DNA of 64,000 nt from assembly GCA_030390025.1 (NCBI GenBank), contig CM059425.1, positions 163,868,001-163,932,000 on the forward strand. Reading direction: 5' to 3'. Position numbers and translations under genes: made by a program. The stretch's first letter is position 1. Every line of letters begins with the position of its first letter. The notes beneath the pieces are model-generated. The model was given only the letters and a program-made list of their open reading frames with translations. It had not been told where the DNA came from and did no database searches. The stretch is from Squalus acanthias (Eukaryota). Shown here in pieces: positions 1 through 11,718 of this stretch.

Positions 1-393
1 TTACACACTTATAAACCCAACCACGAAGGCATCAGTCTGACCCGTCTTCCTCTGTGTACCCCAGAACCAAAGCCTCCAATGCTGCATCAGAGAAGCGCCT
101 TGCCCTTTCTCTTCCCTGCATCCGGAGTGACAATGAGGTGCTTCTGCAAGAAAGCACCTCCCCTTTAAGAAGTGCAGAGAGCCTCGGCAAAATTTTATTT
201 GTCAGTAGACTGCACGCGATATTGGGCCCCCTGTTGAGCACTGAGCCAACCAGCAGCGTGTTTAACGCTGAGCTCAGTGCTCCAATCATTATAATGAGCA
301 GGCAGCCTGAATTTTGCACCACTTTGAACGGGTGCGGGCAGATTGTGCTTCACGCTCCCCGCGCCCATTTTCGGGCGCAATCCAATTTCACCC
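1..393 (-). mobile_element. PIF/Harbinger element left end with start of Myb/SANT-like gene (remnant)
   Basis: Minus-strand peptide MQGRERARRFSDAALEALV matches the Myb-like starts at ~15030 and 42142; TIR-like caatttcaccc ends at 393. Confidence 0.7.
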
Positions 394-500
394 TCACTGT
401 ATATAATATCCATGATGCGGGGATGCCGGTGTTGGACTGGGGTGGACAAAAGTGAGAAGTCGCACAACACCAGGTTATAGTCCAACAGCTTTATTTGAAA

Positions 501-537
501 TCACAAGCTTTCGGAGTGCTGCTCCTTCGTCAGGTGA
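501..537 (-). ncRNA. Minimal type I hammerhead ribozyme motif (family A)
   Basis: Reverse complement reads tcac-CTGACGA-a-ggagcagcactcc-GAAA-gctt-gtga. Confidence 0.75.
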
Positions 538-539
538 AC

Positions 540-982
540 ACGACCACGACACCACACAACCCTGCCATGGCAACCTCTGCAAGACATGCCAGATCATCAA
601 CACAGATACCATCAGCACACGTGAGGACACTACCCACCAGGTACATGGTACATACTCATGTGACTCGGCCAACGTTGTCTACCTCATACGTTGCAGGAAA
701 GGATGCCCCGGAGCATGGTACATCGGCGAGACCATGCAGACACTGCGACAACGTATGAACGGACACCGCGCAACAATCGCCAGGCAGGATTGTTACCTCC
801 CAGTCGGGGAACACTTCAGCAGTCAAGGACATTCAGCCTCCGATCTTCGGGTAAGCGTTCTCCAAGGCGGCCTTCGAGACACACGACAACGCAAAATCAT
901 CGAGCAGAAACTGATAACCAAGTTCCGCACCCATGAGGACGGCCTCAACCGGGATCTTGGGTTCATGTCACGCTACATGTAA
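540..982 (+). pseudogene. C-terminal Cys-rich linker + GIY-YIG endonuclease fragment of PLE ORF
   Basis: PCHGNLCKTC...NVVYLIRCRKGC...YIGET...RQRMNGH...EQKLI...GLN, the same motif order as the intact PLE ORF ending at 24724. Confidence 0.9.
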
Positions 983-1361
983 TCCCACCTGACGTAGAGT
1001 CATCCAGACTCGAGTCGTCGTTGGCTTGTTCACAGATGCGGCCGGACCTGCTGTGATTTCCAGCAAAAAAAGTAAAAAGTTTCAAGTTTTTGGTTTTCCA
1101 TACAGACTGCAGCATCTGCCACATTAGACCCCTTGTGACCCCACCTCATTGTCTTTGTTGTATTTTGCTATCGTCTTTGATGTAATGTTTTCCTGACTGA
1201 CCTGGTTGGACACCATCCACACCTTTGATTGCCGTGATTGTCTCTCTGCTGATGTGTGATAAAGGGCAGTTAGAAAGATTAACTGTAGTCGTCTGGCATT
1301 GTTCTCTGCACAGGCATTGTTCTCTGTCTATATATGCTGTGCCCATTTGTATTTCTTCACT

Positions 1362-1398
1362 TCACCTGACGAAGGAGCAGCGCTCCGAAAGCTTGTGA
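1362..1398 (+). ncRNA. Minimal type I hammerhead ribozyme motif (family A)
   Basis: tcac-CTGACGA-a-GGAGC-agc-GCTCC-GAAA-gctt-gtga: helix I tcac/gtga, helix II GGAGC/GCTCC, palindromic AAGCTT helix III. Confidence 0.8.
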
Positions 1399-2188
1399 TT
1401 TCAAATAAAGCTTTTGGACTATAACCTGGTGTTGTGCGACTTCTCACTTTTGTATTTAATATATAAGGGCTGATTTCCTGATATGTACAGCTGTCAGAGA
1501 GGCTTTCTGCCAGTAGTGTACATTTGAAATATTGACCCTTATAAATATGTTTTAACTTAAAAGGCTTCATTAGTCAGGATTTATTAGTATGTAGTAAGCT
1601 GTACCTTTTGCTTCTCTAATATTTTGAATGTCCTTTAATTGATGGCTCTTAAAAGGGAATTATGTTAAACTGAATTTGCACATAGCTATAATTTGATCAA
1701 AATGATATCAGTACACTAACTGCACTTTAGCTCTTCCTTTTTCCTGTACTTAATGCTTTAAAATTTATGGTTACAAGCTGCTTATATATTGCGCCATGTT
1801 AGTGGTTCTGGCTTCCAAAATGCAGGTCTCACTCGAGCTGCAACTCGAAAGTAAACTTGCCAGGATTCGCAAAGGCCAACAGCAGGTCATTTCTACTGGT
1901 CTTCCTGACCACCAGCCTTAACGAGCAGAAGGCAAGCATCTTTGGCTTGGAGCCAGCTGCACAACACCCACTCATCAGGAGTCGGAAACCTCACATGGGT
2001 CTCACACAATACAAAAGAGCTAAAGATAGCCAGGGAAACAGTCACTTGTGTAGAGTCATACTTCAGTGACGTTGTGGAATTTCACTACAGAGCCCATGAT
2101 GTAACCGGAAACTTCCTAATGTCACTTTAGGAAATTCTATACAAAATTCCCCCCCGTGGTGAAAGTATAAAAGACTATTGGTAAAATT

Positions 2189-2309
2189 AAAAGCAAAATA
2201 CTGCAGATGCTGAAAATCTGAAAATAAAAACAGCAAAAGCTGGAAACACTCAGCAGGTCATAACAAGCAGCATCTGTGAAGAAACTGAAGTCAGTCAGTC
2301 GACCTTTCA
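2189..2309 (-). mobile_element. Degenerate PLE family B pseudo-LTR fragment
   Basis: aaaagcaaaatactgcagatgctg...cagcaggtc...gtcgacctttcag is the reverse complement of the 33505-33639 type sequence. Confidence 0.65.
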
Positions 2310-2440
2310 GGGGTAACTTTGACTTTGGATGATAGTGTAAAATGAGTGATATCAGCTCGGCCATCTTTTAAACACCGCTCCCAATTGTCATTTTGGATAT
2401 CACCCATTTTACACTTGCGTCCAAAGTCAAAATGATCCCC
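2310..2440. mobile_element. Short MITE (~130 bp)
   Basis: Terminal inverted repeats ggggtaactttgactttgga / tccaaagtcaaaatgatcccc. Confidence 0.55.
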
Positions 2441-2584
2441 ATCCAGTGTTAGCACCGTGCCTCTCCAGATCACGTATAATATGGGCTAGCTGAGAACTAA
2501 AGTTCTCTCTACTTTGTTCCAGTAGTGTGGCACAGAGTAACCTCAAGAGTATCTCAGACTCTTAGGTGGTAGTTATAATATTAT

Positions 2585-2990
2585 GTCCAGTTTTGGGCTT
2601 CCTATTTTGAGAAGGATGTCATGGTCATGCAACAGTTGGAGAAGATGATACCAGGGATGAGCAGCTTTAGTTATGAGGAGAGACTAAAAAAAATGTGTTC
2701 TTTTCATTAGAATGGAGAAAGTTAAGAGGAGCTCAGATAAAGGTGTTTGAAATTATGAAAGGTTTTAATAAAGCAAATCAGGAAAAGATATTTCCACTGG
2801 TCAATAAACAGAAACCAGAGGGCATCACCAAAAGGATAAAGGGAGACGGTAGGAGATTTTTTTTTACTCAGAAACTTGTTAGGATATTGAATATACAATC
2901 CATAGTAGGTTTTAAAGGGTGAGTAGATAAATATTTGAAAAAGAAACATTTTAGAGCGTATGGAGAAAGGGCAGGGGAATGAGACTCAGT
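2585..2990 (+). mobile_element. CR1 LINE 3' fragment (degraded)
   Basis: FSLEWRKLRG...FFTQKLVRILN, homologous to the CR1 ORF2 C-terminus at ~41550-41800. Confidence 0.8.
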
Positions 2991-3834
2991 GGATGGTCTT
3001 GATTTTAACTCTGGGCGGGTGGGTGGTGAGGTGAGTTGGAAACTCACCCACTGCTGCAAAAATGAGGCCTTGGCAATTTTAACTCCCAGGCCTCATTAAC
3101 ATGCCGCCAGTCCACTTCCCGGCTGGAGTCGGTGGGAAGCGGCAGAAAATTGTACGGCCCTGGAGGCTGTCTGCTGACAGATGGTATGTGGCAGGATTGG
3201 GCTCCAGGAGCTTCTTACGCAGGTCTCACATTCGCAACAGAGCGGAGTCCGGACCCTACTGCTCCTCCTGGCCCACGAAGAAAAAAAAAACACTTACCTT
3301 TTTCAGCCTCTTCTAAAGCTGGTTCTCTTCTGTCCCAGATTGTCCTGGTGGGAAAGACTCAGGCCTAAGTTAAAATTGCAATTGGGTTCTGCTCGAGGCA
3401 GGGCATGCATATGTAAAGAAGGACTCTGCCAGCTTTAGGCTCAAAGGGATCATTAATGCCCAATTTATATGGGGTGCACTCAGCATGCATTTGAATTGGT
3501 GTTGGAGTAATACCAGTTCCTGAGACATGTCTTTTGAATAGGCAGCAGTGTGGCACTCAAATTTCGGATGGATTATACTGAAAATTGAGATCAGATTGCA
3601 GCTAATTCCTGAGTTGATGCAACCCCCAATATTCTGTATTGCTGCCAAGTGTCGTGTGGAATTATGTCCATTAGTGTCTTTTTAGTTGGCACAGAGTTTC
3701 CTAATAGTCTGGGCTGGATTTAAACATAAGTAGTAGAAGCAAAAGGGTAATACCATCCTAGCCACTGTGTCATAAATAAGGAAATGGAAAAAGTTGTATT
3801 TTAGTTCTGGCTTCCTGTTCAGTGGGACAGGATT

Positions 3835-4135
3835 CCCCATCAGAGGAAATAATTTCTCTGTATATACCCTATCAAATCCCTTTATCATTTTAAAAACCTT
3901 GATTAGATCACCTCTCTAACTTCTAATCTCAGGGGAATGCATTCCTTATGCAACCAATTTAATCCTTTAATACGGGGCATCATTCTGGTGAATCTGTGCT
4001 GTACCCCCTTCGAGACCACTGAGGTTTGGTGTCCAAAACTGAACGCAATACTCCAGATGGAGTCTGACCAAGTCTCTGTATGACTGAAGCAGCACTTCCT
4101 CACAAGGCCAACATTCCATTAGCCTTTTTGATAAC
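3835..4135 (-). mobile_element. CR1 LINE fragment (degraded)
   Basis: GVQHRFTRMMP and IKGFDRVYTEKLFPL peptides. Confidence 0.75.
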
Positions 4136-4808
4136 TCTTTTTTGTTTCTTTGCTGCTAGTAGAACATTTTTCAAAATCTTAATTATAATGTTGTTTTAAT
4201 TCAGATATTGTCGTTTTAATTTAAATTATGGGAGCTTGGCATCAGGGGGCCTGCAGTTAACTTCATGCTGCTAAGTTTGTTTTCCTTAACCCAGCGGCAG
4301 AATCGTAGACCCATGGAAAACTTCCAGTTGACTATGGAAAATGGATGTAACAACATAAACACTGGGAGCAGGCTTATAGTTGCAGGATCATTAAATACAA
4401 ATTAAAAGAATAATATAAAAGCAGATAATAACATTAATAACTTATGCCTCTATTTCAAAAGACAGAATTGAAAAAGACAGATTTCTGTTTCAAGCTGGTG
4501 TTGTGGTATCTGGTTTACATTTTTGAAATGTTCAAACAGGACACTCAAAAACCAGACTGTCCAATCAAAACCAGACAGATGGCAATCCTAACCCCCTCCC
4601 CCCCGCTCTCCACGTCGCAAGGAGTGCCACTACTGTCAGTGGATCAGTTTAAAGTTGCAGCATCTTTTTAATGATCTTTATATCATCTTATATTACAAAA
4701 ATAAAACATTCCCTGAACTTTCATAACATGTTAAAAGCATTTATTTTTCATTTTCATTTATTTGTGGTTTTTATTTTAAATTTCTTATAGATTAAAAAGG
4801 GCTTGAAA

Positions 4809-5245
4809 GGGCTCTCTTGATGACTCATCTGGAAAAGCCAGTGAATAGCTGAACCAGGGTTGATTCCTGGTCACTGCTGAGTTAGCTGATTTCGGCTGGG
4901 GTGGCAGCAGAAGGACTACAATTAGACCATTGTTCCCGGGTTAGGGAGAGGAATATCAGGATTACCACTCTTGACTACTATCAAGTGACCCCTGCTGGAA
5001 GAACCGTGTTTGATTGTTCGGTCTGGGCAAGATAAAGCTTGGCTGTGATATAATAGGCTGCTGACACTCGGGGGGGGTAATTTTCAACTTACTATTGGAG
5101 CGTAAAACCAGCACTGAAGGTCGGGCAAATCAATGGAATGGAAAATGGGGTGGCTTCTATAACAGGGCCTAGCCCACAACGCAGGTTTTACGCTTTGACA
5201 TTATTTACTGTCAAGGCTCGCACATGAATAATAGCTACTTAGCCC
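4809..5245 (+). mobile_element. AmnSINE2-like tRNA-derived SINE interrupted by a short MITE (~5070-5200)
   Basis: gctgagttagctgat...ctacaatt...gtgacccctgctggaa...gacactc|actgtcaaggctcgcacatgaa resembles the AmnSINE2 consensus from memory; related copies elsewhere in the window. Confidence 0.6.
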
Positions 5246-5945
5246 GGGCTGGCTCTCTGTAAGACCCCTTCAACTAGTTCCACTCACCCGCCCTTTCCCC
5301 GTTGCCCTGCAAATTTTTTTCCTTCAGGTACTTACCGAATTCCCTTTTGAAAGCCATGATTGAATCTGCCTCCATCACCCTTTCAAATGTGAGAAGTCGC
5401 ACAACACCAGGTTATAGTCCAACAGTTTTATTTGAAATCACAAGCTTTCGGAGTGCTGCCTGATGAAGGAGCAGCGCTCCGAAAGCTTGTGATTTCAAAT
5501 AAAACTGTTGGACTATAACCTGGTGTTGTGCGACTTCTCACATTTGTCCACCCCAGTCCAACACCGGCATCTCCGCATCATGATCACCCTTTCAGGCAGT
5601 GCATTCCAGATCTTAACCACTCGCTGCGTAAAAAAGTTTTTCCTCGTGTCGCCTTTGGTTCTTTTGCCAATCACCTTAAATCTGTGTCCTCTGGTTCTCG
5701 ACCCTTCCGTCAATGGGAACAGTTTCACTCTATCTACTCTGTCTAGACCCCTCATGATTTTGAACACCTCTATCAAAGCTCCTCTCAACCTTCTCTGCTC
5801 TAAGGAGAACAACCCCAGCTTCTCCAGTCTATCCACACAACTGAAGTCCCTCATCCCTGGAACCATTCTTGTAAATCTTTTCTGCACCCTCCCTAAGGCC
5901 TTCACATCCTTCCTAAAGTGCGGTGCCCAGAATTGGACACAGTAC
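5245..5945 (-). mobile_element. CR1 LINE 3' fragment
   Basis: YCVQFWAPHFRKD...FSLEQRRLRG...NFFTQRVVKIWNALP; very similar to 26840-27330. Confidence 0.9.
5386..5582. mobile_element. Fold-back PLE family A mini-insertion containing an HHR core
   Basis: ~75-bp inverted arms plus ~38-nt tail; CTGATGA...GAAAGCTT from 5460; TSD atcaccctttca at 5374-5385 and 5583-5594. Confidence 0.9.
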
Positions 5946-6147
5946 TTGAGCAAGGTTCTGAAGTAACTATTTGTGGAACTGTACGTGAACAAGGAATCGG
6001 GGGGAGCAATTCTTATTTTTTCATAGTTGTTAATTGCACATTTGAAAGCCACACATTCCTTGATTTTGTTTTGCATTTCATTTATGCTGATGAAAAACAC
6101 CCTTGCCATGTTTTGCAGTAACAGGAATGCCAGCTCTTAAGTTGTAT

Positions 6148-6846
6148 GGGAGTAGAGTTTCCGCTTTGGGCGCAATCTGGAAATTGCGTCCAAAATGCGC
6201 TTGAAACGGTGCTGGTTAGGTTATGCTTCAAGTTTCCGCTAAATTCATTTGCATAATAACAAACGTAAATTTTCCACGAACCAGTGAAATTGGGCAGCGT
6301 GATAGCACATATTATTTCTTTCCATTAAAAAGTATTTCTTGATGTATTTAAGAGTGGTAACCTGGTGCAGTTTTATTAATGCAGCTGAAAATGGGTTTAT
6401 CACAAAAAATAAGCATTTTTAATAAGGGTGTCCAGTCCTCTACCTGTGACCTAATTTAAAATCATTGAAAATGAATTAAAAAAAGTACTAAACCATTTAA
6501 TAGTTTAATTGGTGGACACTAGTCAGTTTCTTACTAAATTAAATATTTTTTGATTATGAAAAAACTGTTAAAACGTGCCTGTGCACCTGAGAAAATGAGA
6601 TTAATTTGAAGTGCCTTCCCAAACCAATGCAATTGGTGGAAGCTGGGGGTGTGGGCAGTTTTGTGGGCGGGGCCTGATTCGGCGAATTGAAACTTGACCA
6701 GCGGAAAACACGGGCATAAGTGGTTTTGGCCGTAACTCAGCCACGTTTTAAATTCCTCAATCTTATGTGCTGGTTTGGCCAATTCCACCCAGATTGCACT
6801 GGAAATGGAATGCAAAACTAACAGAAACAAGCGGCAACTTCCCTCC
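6148..6846. mobile_element. Probable non-autonomous DNA transposon (MITE)
   Basis: Imperfect terminal inverted repeats ggagtagagtttccgct / agcggcaacttccctcc; no clear TSD. Confidence 0.4.
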
Positions 6847-6869
6847 ACAAAATCAAAAACCAAGAGTAA

Positions 6870-7622
6870 GGGGGAACAATTCGGTTGCTTTGCACCTCCC
6901 GCTAATGCTCTAAGAGGGCGCCAACAGGGCGCAAAGCAACTAGTGCCCATACGCGGCGCCGCCAATGACTCCTGCGAAATTCAGCGGGAGGTTAGCGGCG
7001 GCGGTAACTGTTAGCGCCCCGCGGTGCTGCGCCGACGGCGATGATGTCATTGCCGTGCACAGCGCCCCGCTCGTGCCCCGGCTGCGATCTTCGGTAGTGC
7101 CCCCTGACTTACCGCCAGACGCTATGTCCGACGGGGTCAGGGGGGCCTACCTGCGGCCGGGGCAGCGCAAATTAAAGGCGAGGTGCCGCTTGGCCATTTT
7201 TGTTGCTGGCCGCCTGCCAGCACCTGTCACCGCTGCCATCCCCGGCCTCCTCTTCAGCCCCCCGCGGAGTGCGGAGTGCCGGCTGCGTTCCATGAGCCCA
7301 GCACTTCTCGAGTGCCGGGCTCTTTTGCCGGCACTCCAATCCCTGGTGGCCCAGCTGGGCCCCGGGTTGCGCTGCGCAAGGCCCTTCCCCTTTAAGAAGG
7401 GGAGGAAGGCCTGCAGTACCGCGGCGCTGCGGCACATAGCGCTGCGATATTCCCTCGCAATGCCCCAAGAGGGAGGCAGGGCGCTTCCAGTAGCGCCCCG
7501 CTTCCCTCTTGGGGCGCTACCGATGAATTTCAGCCACGGGGGCGCTAATTTTTTCAGGGCGCTAAAAGTAGCGCCCTGGCGAAGTTAGCACCCCAAAGGG
7601 GGCGCGACTCAATTTTTCCCCC
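6870..7622. mobile_element. GC-rich PIF/Harbinger (Tourist-like) MITE
   Basis: TIR gggggaacaatt / aatttttccccc; 3-bp TSD TAA (6867-6869, 7623-7625); close copy at 51776-52546. Confidence 0.85.
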
Positions 7623-8229
7623 TAAAGGTTTATTCGTTTGGGTATTCTGTGCAGTTATTCCTATCAAATACAATTAAAAACGTAAGGATTGACTGTGGTG
7701 TTTATTAAATAAAATGCCATTTATAATTTTAAAATGAATACTTGATGTACTCTGTCATGCAGGTAGGCACCATTTTATCACTGAATCTACTTTCATCAAG
7801 AGAAAGCCCAGACGGTATAATCCAGCAGCTGCGTGTATTTTTTATATAGAGGTAGATCTCTGGTGTTCCTTTGAAGGTTGTAAGCCATGTACTCTGGGAT
7901 TTAGGTGGAACTGAATAGTTGAATCATTTACTGCAGATTCTGTGATAAGATATAAATACACACATATATGTACTATATATACACACACACACATAGACCC
8001 TAGATGTGGAAACTCTGTAACAGATCAATTACAGCTGCTAAACACCAATCTGGAGGGAAGCTAACTAGTCATACAAAATATGGTTAATAGCAAACATGTT
8101 TATTTTACATACTTCTGTGAAAAGAATAAAACAAATCTGAGACAGGTCATTTATTTAAAATGCTAATTACTCATATTAAAACTATTTACATGCTTTTTTG
8201 TCATCTTCTCTTCTAAAGGCACTGAATCT

Positions 8230-8560
8230 TCTTAGGGTACAATTCAAAGGGTAGTTTACCACGTCGCCATTCTTCATGTATGATTCTTGACAATGAACGT
8301 TGCAAGCTGTTCAACTGCGTGGTGTCACAGATGAGTCCGATCCTGTGCTTATGTGATATGCACACACTTTTCAGCAGGAGTCACAGAATAATGATCAGGA
8401 GCCAAAGCCTTAGATGACTTTTCCCTTCCCGAGCCTAGAGGTGCTGAGGCCAATTGTAGCACCCCATCTACCACTCCAGCTAAAATAAGACAACTCAGCA
8501 CATATTAGAGATAGATTCTGGGATCAAAACTGAGACCTCTAACTTTCTTGGTCTATATTA
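8230..8560 (-). mobile_element. AmnSINE2-like SINE
   Basis: Reverse complement homologous to 4860-5240 (ctacaattggcctcagc, ctgctgaaaagtgtgtg). Confidence 0.55.
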
Positions 8561-8715
8561 CCACACTAGACATTACATGTACCAAATAAACATTAGGCCA
8601 GACTTGTTTATATTCTTTTCATAATTGAATAATTATTTAATCAGGACACCAGTCAAAATGTGCAAATCCACAAAACTTTACTCTTGAAATTACATACAAG
8701 TACTTTATTAAATGT

Positions 8716-9155
8716 CAGCCATGGCTCAGTGGTAACACTTTCATCTCTGTGTCAGAAGGTTATGGGTTCAAGTCCCACTCCAGGAGACTTGAGCACAAAA
8801 TCTATGCTAACACTAGCAGTACTGGGGGCATGCTGCACTGTTAGAGGTGCTGGCCTTCAGATGAGACATCTGCCCTCTCAGGTGGATGTAAAAGATCCCA
8901 TGGCACTATCTTGAAGAAGAGCAGGGGAGTTCTCCCTGGTGTCCTGGCCAATACTTATCCCTCAACCAATATCACGAATACAGATTATCTGGGCATTATC
9001 ACATTGCTGTTTGTGGGACCTTGCTGTGTGCAAATTGGCTGCTGAATTTCCTACATTACAACAGTGACTACACTTCAAAAGTATTTAATTGGCTGTAAAA
9101 CGCTTTGGGACATCCTGAGGTCATGATAGTTGTTTTATAAATGTAGGTCTTTCTT
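8716..9155 (+). mobile_element. Deu-domain SINE (SacSINE1/AmnSINE1-like), full length
   Basis: tRNA-like head with A box tggctcagtgg and B box ggttcaagtcc; Deu core aaagatcccatggcact...gaagaagagcaggggagt. Confidence 0.8.
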
Positions 9156-9880
9156 CTATAAAACTTAATTGCAACATAATTCTTGGATACTTTTAACTTA
9201 CATTACTGATGTCAATTGAACAGAAATGCACATAATTATGAGACTCACAGAAAACCAAAGACGGAATGAAGTTAAAAATGACAAGCAAGTTAAAAAAATT
9301 GTGAAATATCTAATTAAAAGCTCAGTATTTCAGGAAAAAATCTGTATTGGGGTTTTTCCCTTTTCGACATGCTGATCTGGGAAAATTGTACTTATGTTAC
9401 ATTCAAGTGGATTTTAAAAGTAATTTGGCTCTGGAATGGAAATAATTTGAGACCCACTGGAGGATTTTATATTACCTTTGAAGCAAGCTGAGCTGTAAGA
9501 TTACTTTGTTTAAAGTGCTGTACCTTGGAAAAACCATGTTTGTGTGACTGAATTAAATCAGAAGTACCCCACAGTTACCACATAATTATTCCCCTTTCCC
9601 CATATATAAATAAGAACTAGCAAATGTGTGGCTCTCAGAAAAGTTTCAACTTTATTACATTGTTGAAGCTACACCCAAGACAAATTTGACAACAGCTCTA
9701 TTCAAACCTGAACTACAAATACATTTTTTTCAACAAAGACGTTTCTTTCCGACCACAATGCATCGGTTAATATCTTGAAGCACATTCTCGAAGAAAGAGG
9801 AGGTCTAATCACTTGCACGTGCTTAAAAAAAATCAACCAATTAAAATTGCCCTATAATTTTTCCTGCACTGTAGGAGCTA

Positions 9881-11718
9881 AAGAACATAAGAACATAAGA
9901 AATAGGAGCAGGAGTAGGCCACTTAGCCCTTTGAGTACAAAAATCTACACTGACACTCCAATGCAGTGCTGAGGGAGTGTTGCAATGTCGGAGGTGCCGT
10001 CTTTCAGATGAGACGTTAAACCGAGGCCCCATCTACTCTCTCAGGTGGACGTAAAAGATCCCATGGCACTATTTCGAAGAAGAGCAGGGGAGTTATCCCT
10101 GGTGTCCTGGCCAATATTTATCCCTCAATCAACATCACTAAAATAGATTATCTGGTCATTATTACATTGCTGTTTGTGGGAGCTTGCGGTGTGCAAATTG
10201 GCTGCCACGTTTCCTACATTACAACAGTGACTACACTTCAAAAAAAGTACTTCATTAGCTGTAAAACGCTTTGTGACGTCCGGTAGTCATGAAAGGAGCG
10301 ACATAAATGCAAATCTTTCTTTCTCTTATTTTTTAAGCCTGCTCCGCCATTCAGTAAGATCATGGCTGATCTTCTACCTCAGCTCTACCTTTCCGCACTA
10401 TCCCCATATCCCTTGATTCCCTTAGTATCCAAAAATCTATCAATCTATATCTTGAATATACTGAATGATTGAGCATCCACAGTTCTCTGGGGTAGAGAAT
10501 TCCAAAGGTTCACAACCCTTTGAGTGAAGAAACTTCTCCTCATCTCAGTCCTAAATGGCCGACTCCTGATTCTGAGACTGTGACCCCTAGTTCTAGATGC
10601 CCCAGCCAGGGGAAACAACCTCCCAGCATCTACCCTGTCAAGCCCTTTAAGAATTTTATGTTTCAATGATATCACGTCTCATTTTTCTAAACTCTAGGGA
10701 ATATAGGCCCAGTCTACTTAATCTCTCCTCATAGGACAATCCCCTCTTCCAAGTAATCAGTCCAGTGAACCTTTGTTGCACTCCCCTAAGGCACGTATAT
10801 CCTTCCTTAGGTAAGGAGACCAAAACTGTACACAGTACTCCAGTTGTGGTTTCACCAAGGCCCTATATAACTGTAGTAAGATGTCTTTACTTTTATACTC
10901 CCATCCCTTTGTAATAAAGGCTAACGTACAATTTGCTTTCCTAATTGCTTGCTGTACCTACATGTTAACTTTCTGTGATTCATGTACAAGGACATCCAGG
11001 TCCCACCGAATACCAACATTTCTCAGTCTCTCACTATTTAAAAAATATTCTGCTTTTCTATTTTTCCTACTAAAGTGAAAAATTTCACACTTCTCCATAC
11101 TATATTCCATCTGCCATGTTCTTGCCCACTCACTTAACCTGTCTATATCCCTTTGCGGCTTCTTTGCATCCTCCTCACAGCTCACTTTCCCACCTAATTT
11201 TGTATCATCAGCAAACCTGGATACATTACACTCAGCCCCCTCATATAAGTCATTGATATAGATTGTAAATAGCTGAGGCCCAAGCAATGATCCTTGCGTT
11301 ACCCCACTAGTTTCAGCCTGCCATCCCGAAAATGACCCGTTTATTCCTACTCTCTGTTGTCTGTCCATTAACCAATCCTGAATCCATGCTAATATATTAC
11401 CCCCAATCCCATGAGCCCTAATTTTGTTTAATAACCTCTTGTGTCGCACCTTATCGAATGCTTTTTGAAAATCTAAATACACCTTTTCCACTGGTTTCCC
11501 CTTATCTATCTTGCTAGTTACAAACTCAAAAAACTCTAACATATTTGTCAACCATGATTTCCCTTTTATAAATCCGTGTTGACTCTGTCCAATCATATTA
11601 TGATTTTCTAAGTGCCCTGTTACCATGTCCCTAATAATAGATTCTAGCCTTTTCCCTACTGCTGATGTCAAGCTGACTGATCTATAGTTCCCTATTTTCT
11701 CTCTCCCTTCTTTCTTGA
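9881..11718 (-). mobile_element. 5'-truncated CR1 LINE with RT fragment
   Basis: ORF 10958-11671: QHGF...YLDFQKAFDKV...SGVTQGSLLGP...FADDTKL; (aagaacat)n tail at 9881-9900. Confidence 0.9.
9931..10330 (+). mobile_element. 5'-truncated Deu-domain SINE inserted in CR1 3' UTR
   Basis: Homologous to 8790-9155; CR1 sequence ccctttgag|...|cctgctccgcc resumes on the other side. Confidence 0.8.

Larger units (their letters stand above)
410..1450. mobile_element. 5'-truncated Penelope-like element (family A) with inverted pseudo-LTRs
   Basis: 449-538 is an inverted repeat of 1361-1450; GIY-YIG coding end inside; 12-bp TSD tgtat(a/t)taatat at 398-409 and 1451-1462. Confidence 0.9.

Noticed and set aside
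1857..2069. Possible exon or LINE fragment
   Set aside because: No recognisable motif supports a call
6965..7588. GC-rich ORFs here and at 49903-52512
   Set aside because: They lie within MITEs, have no recognisable domain, and the frames are not conserved between copies
8716..8785. tRNA genes here, at 38939 and at ~57520-57580
   Set aside because: They are SINE heads that continue into SINE bodies
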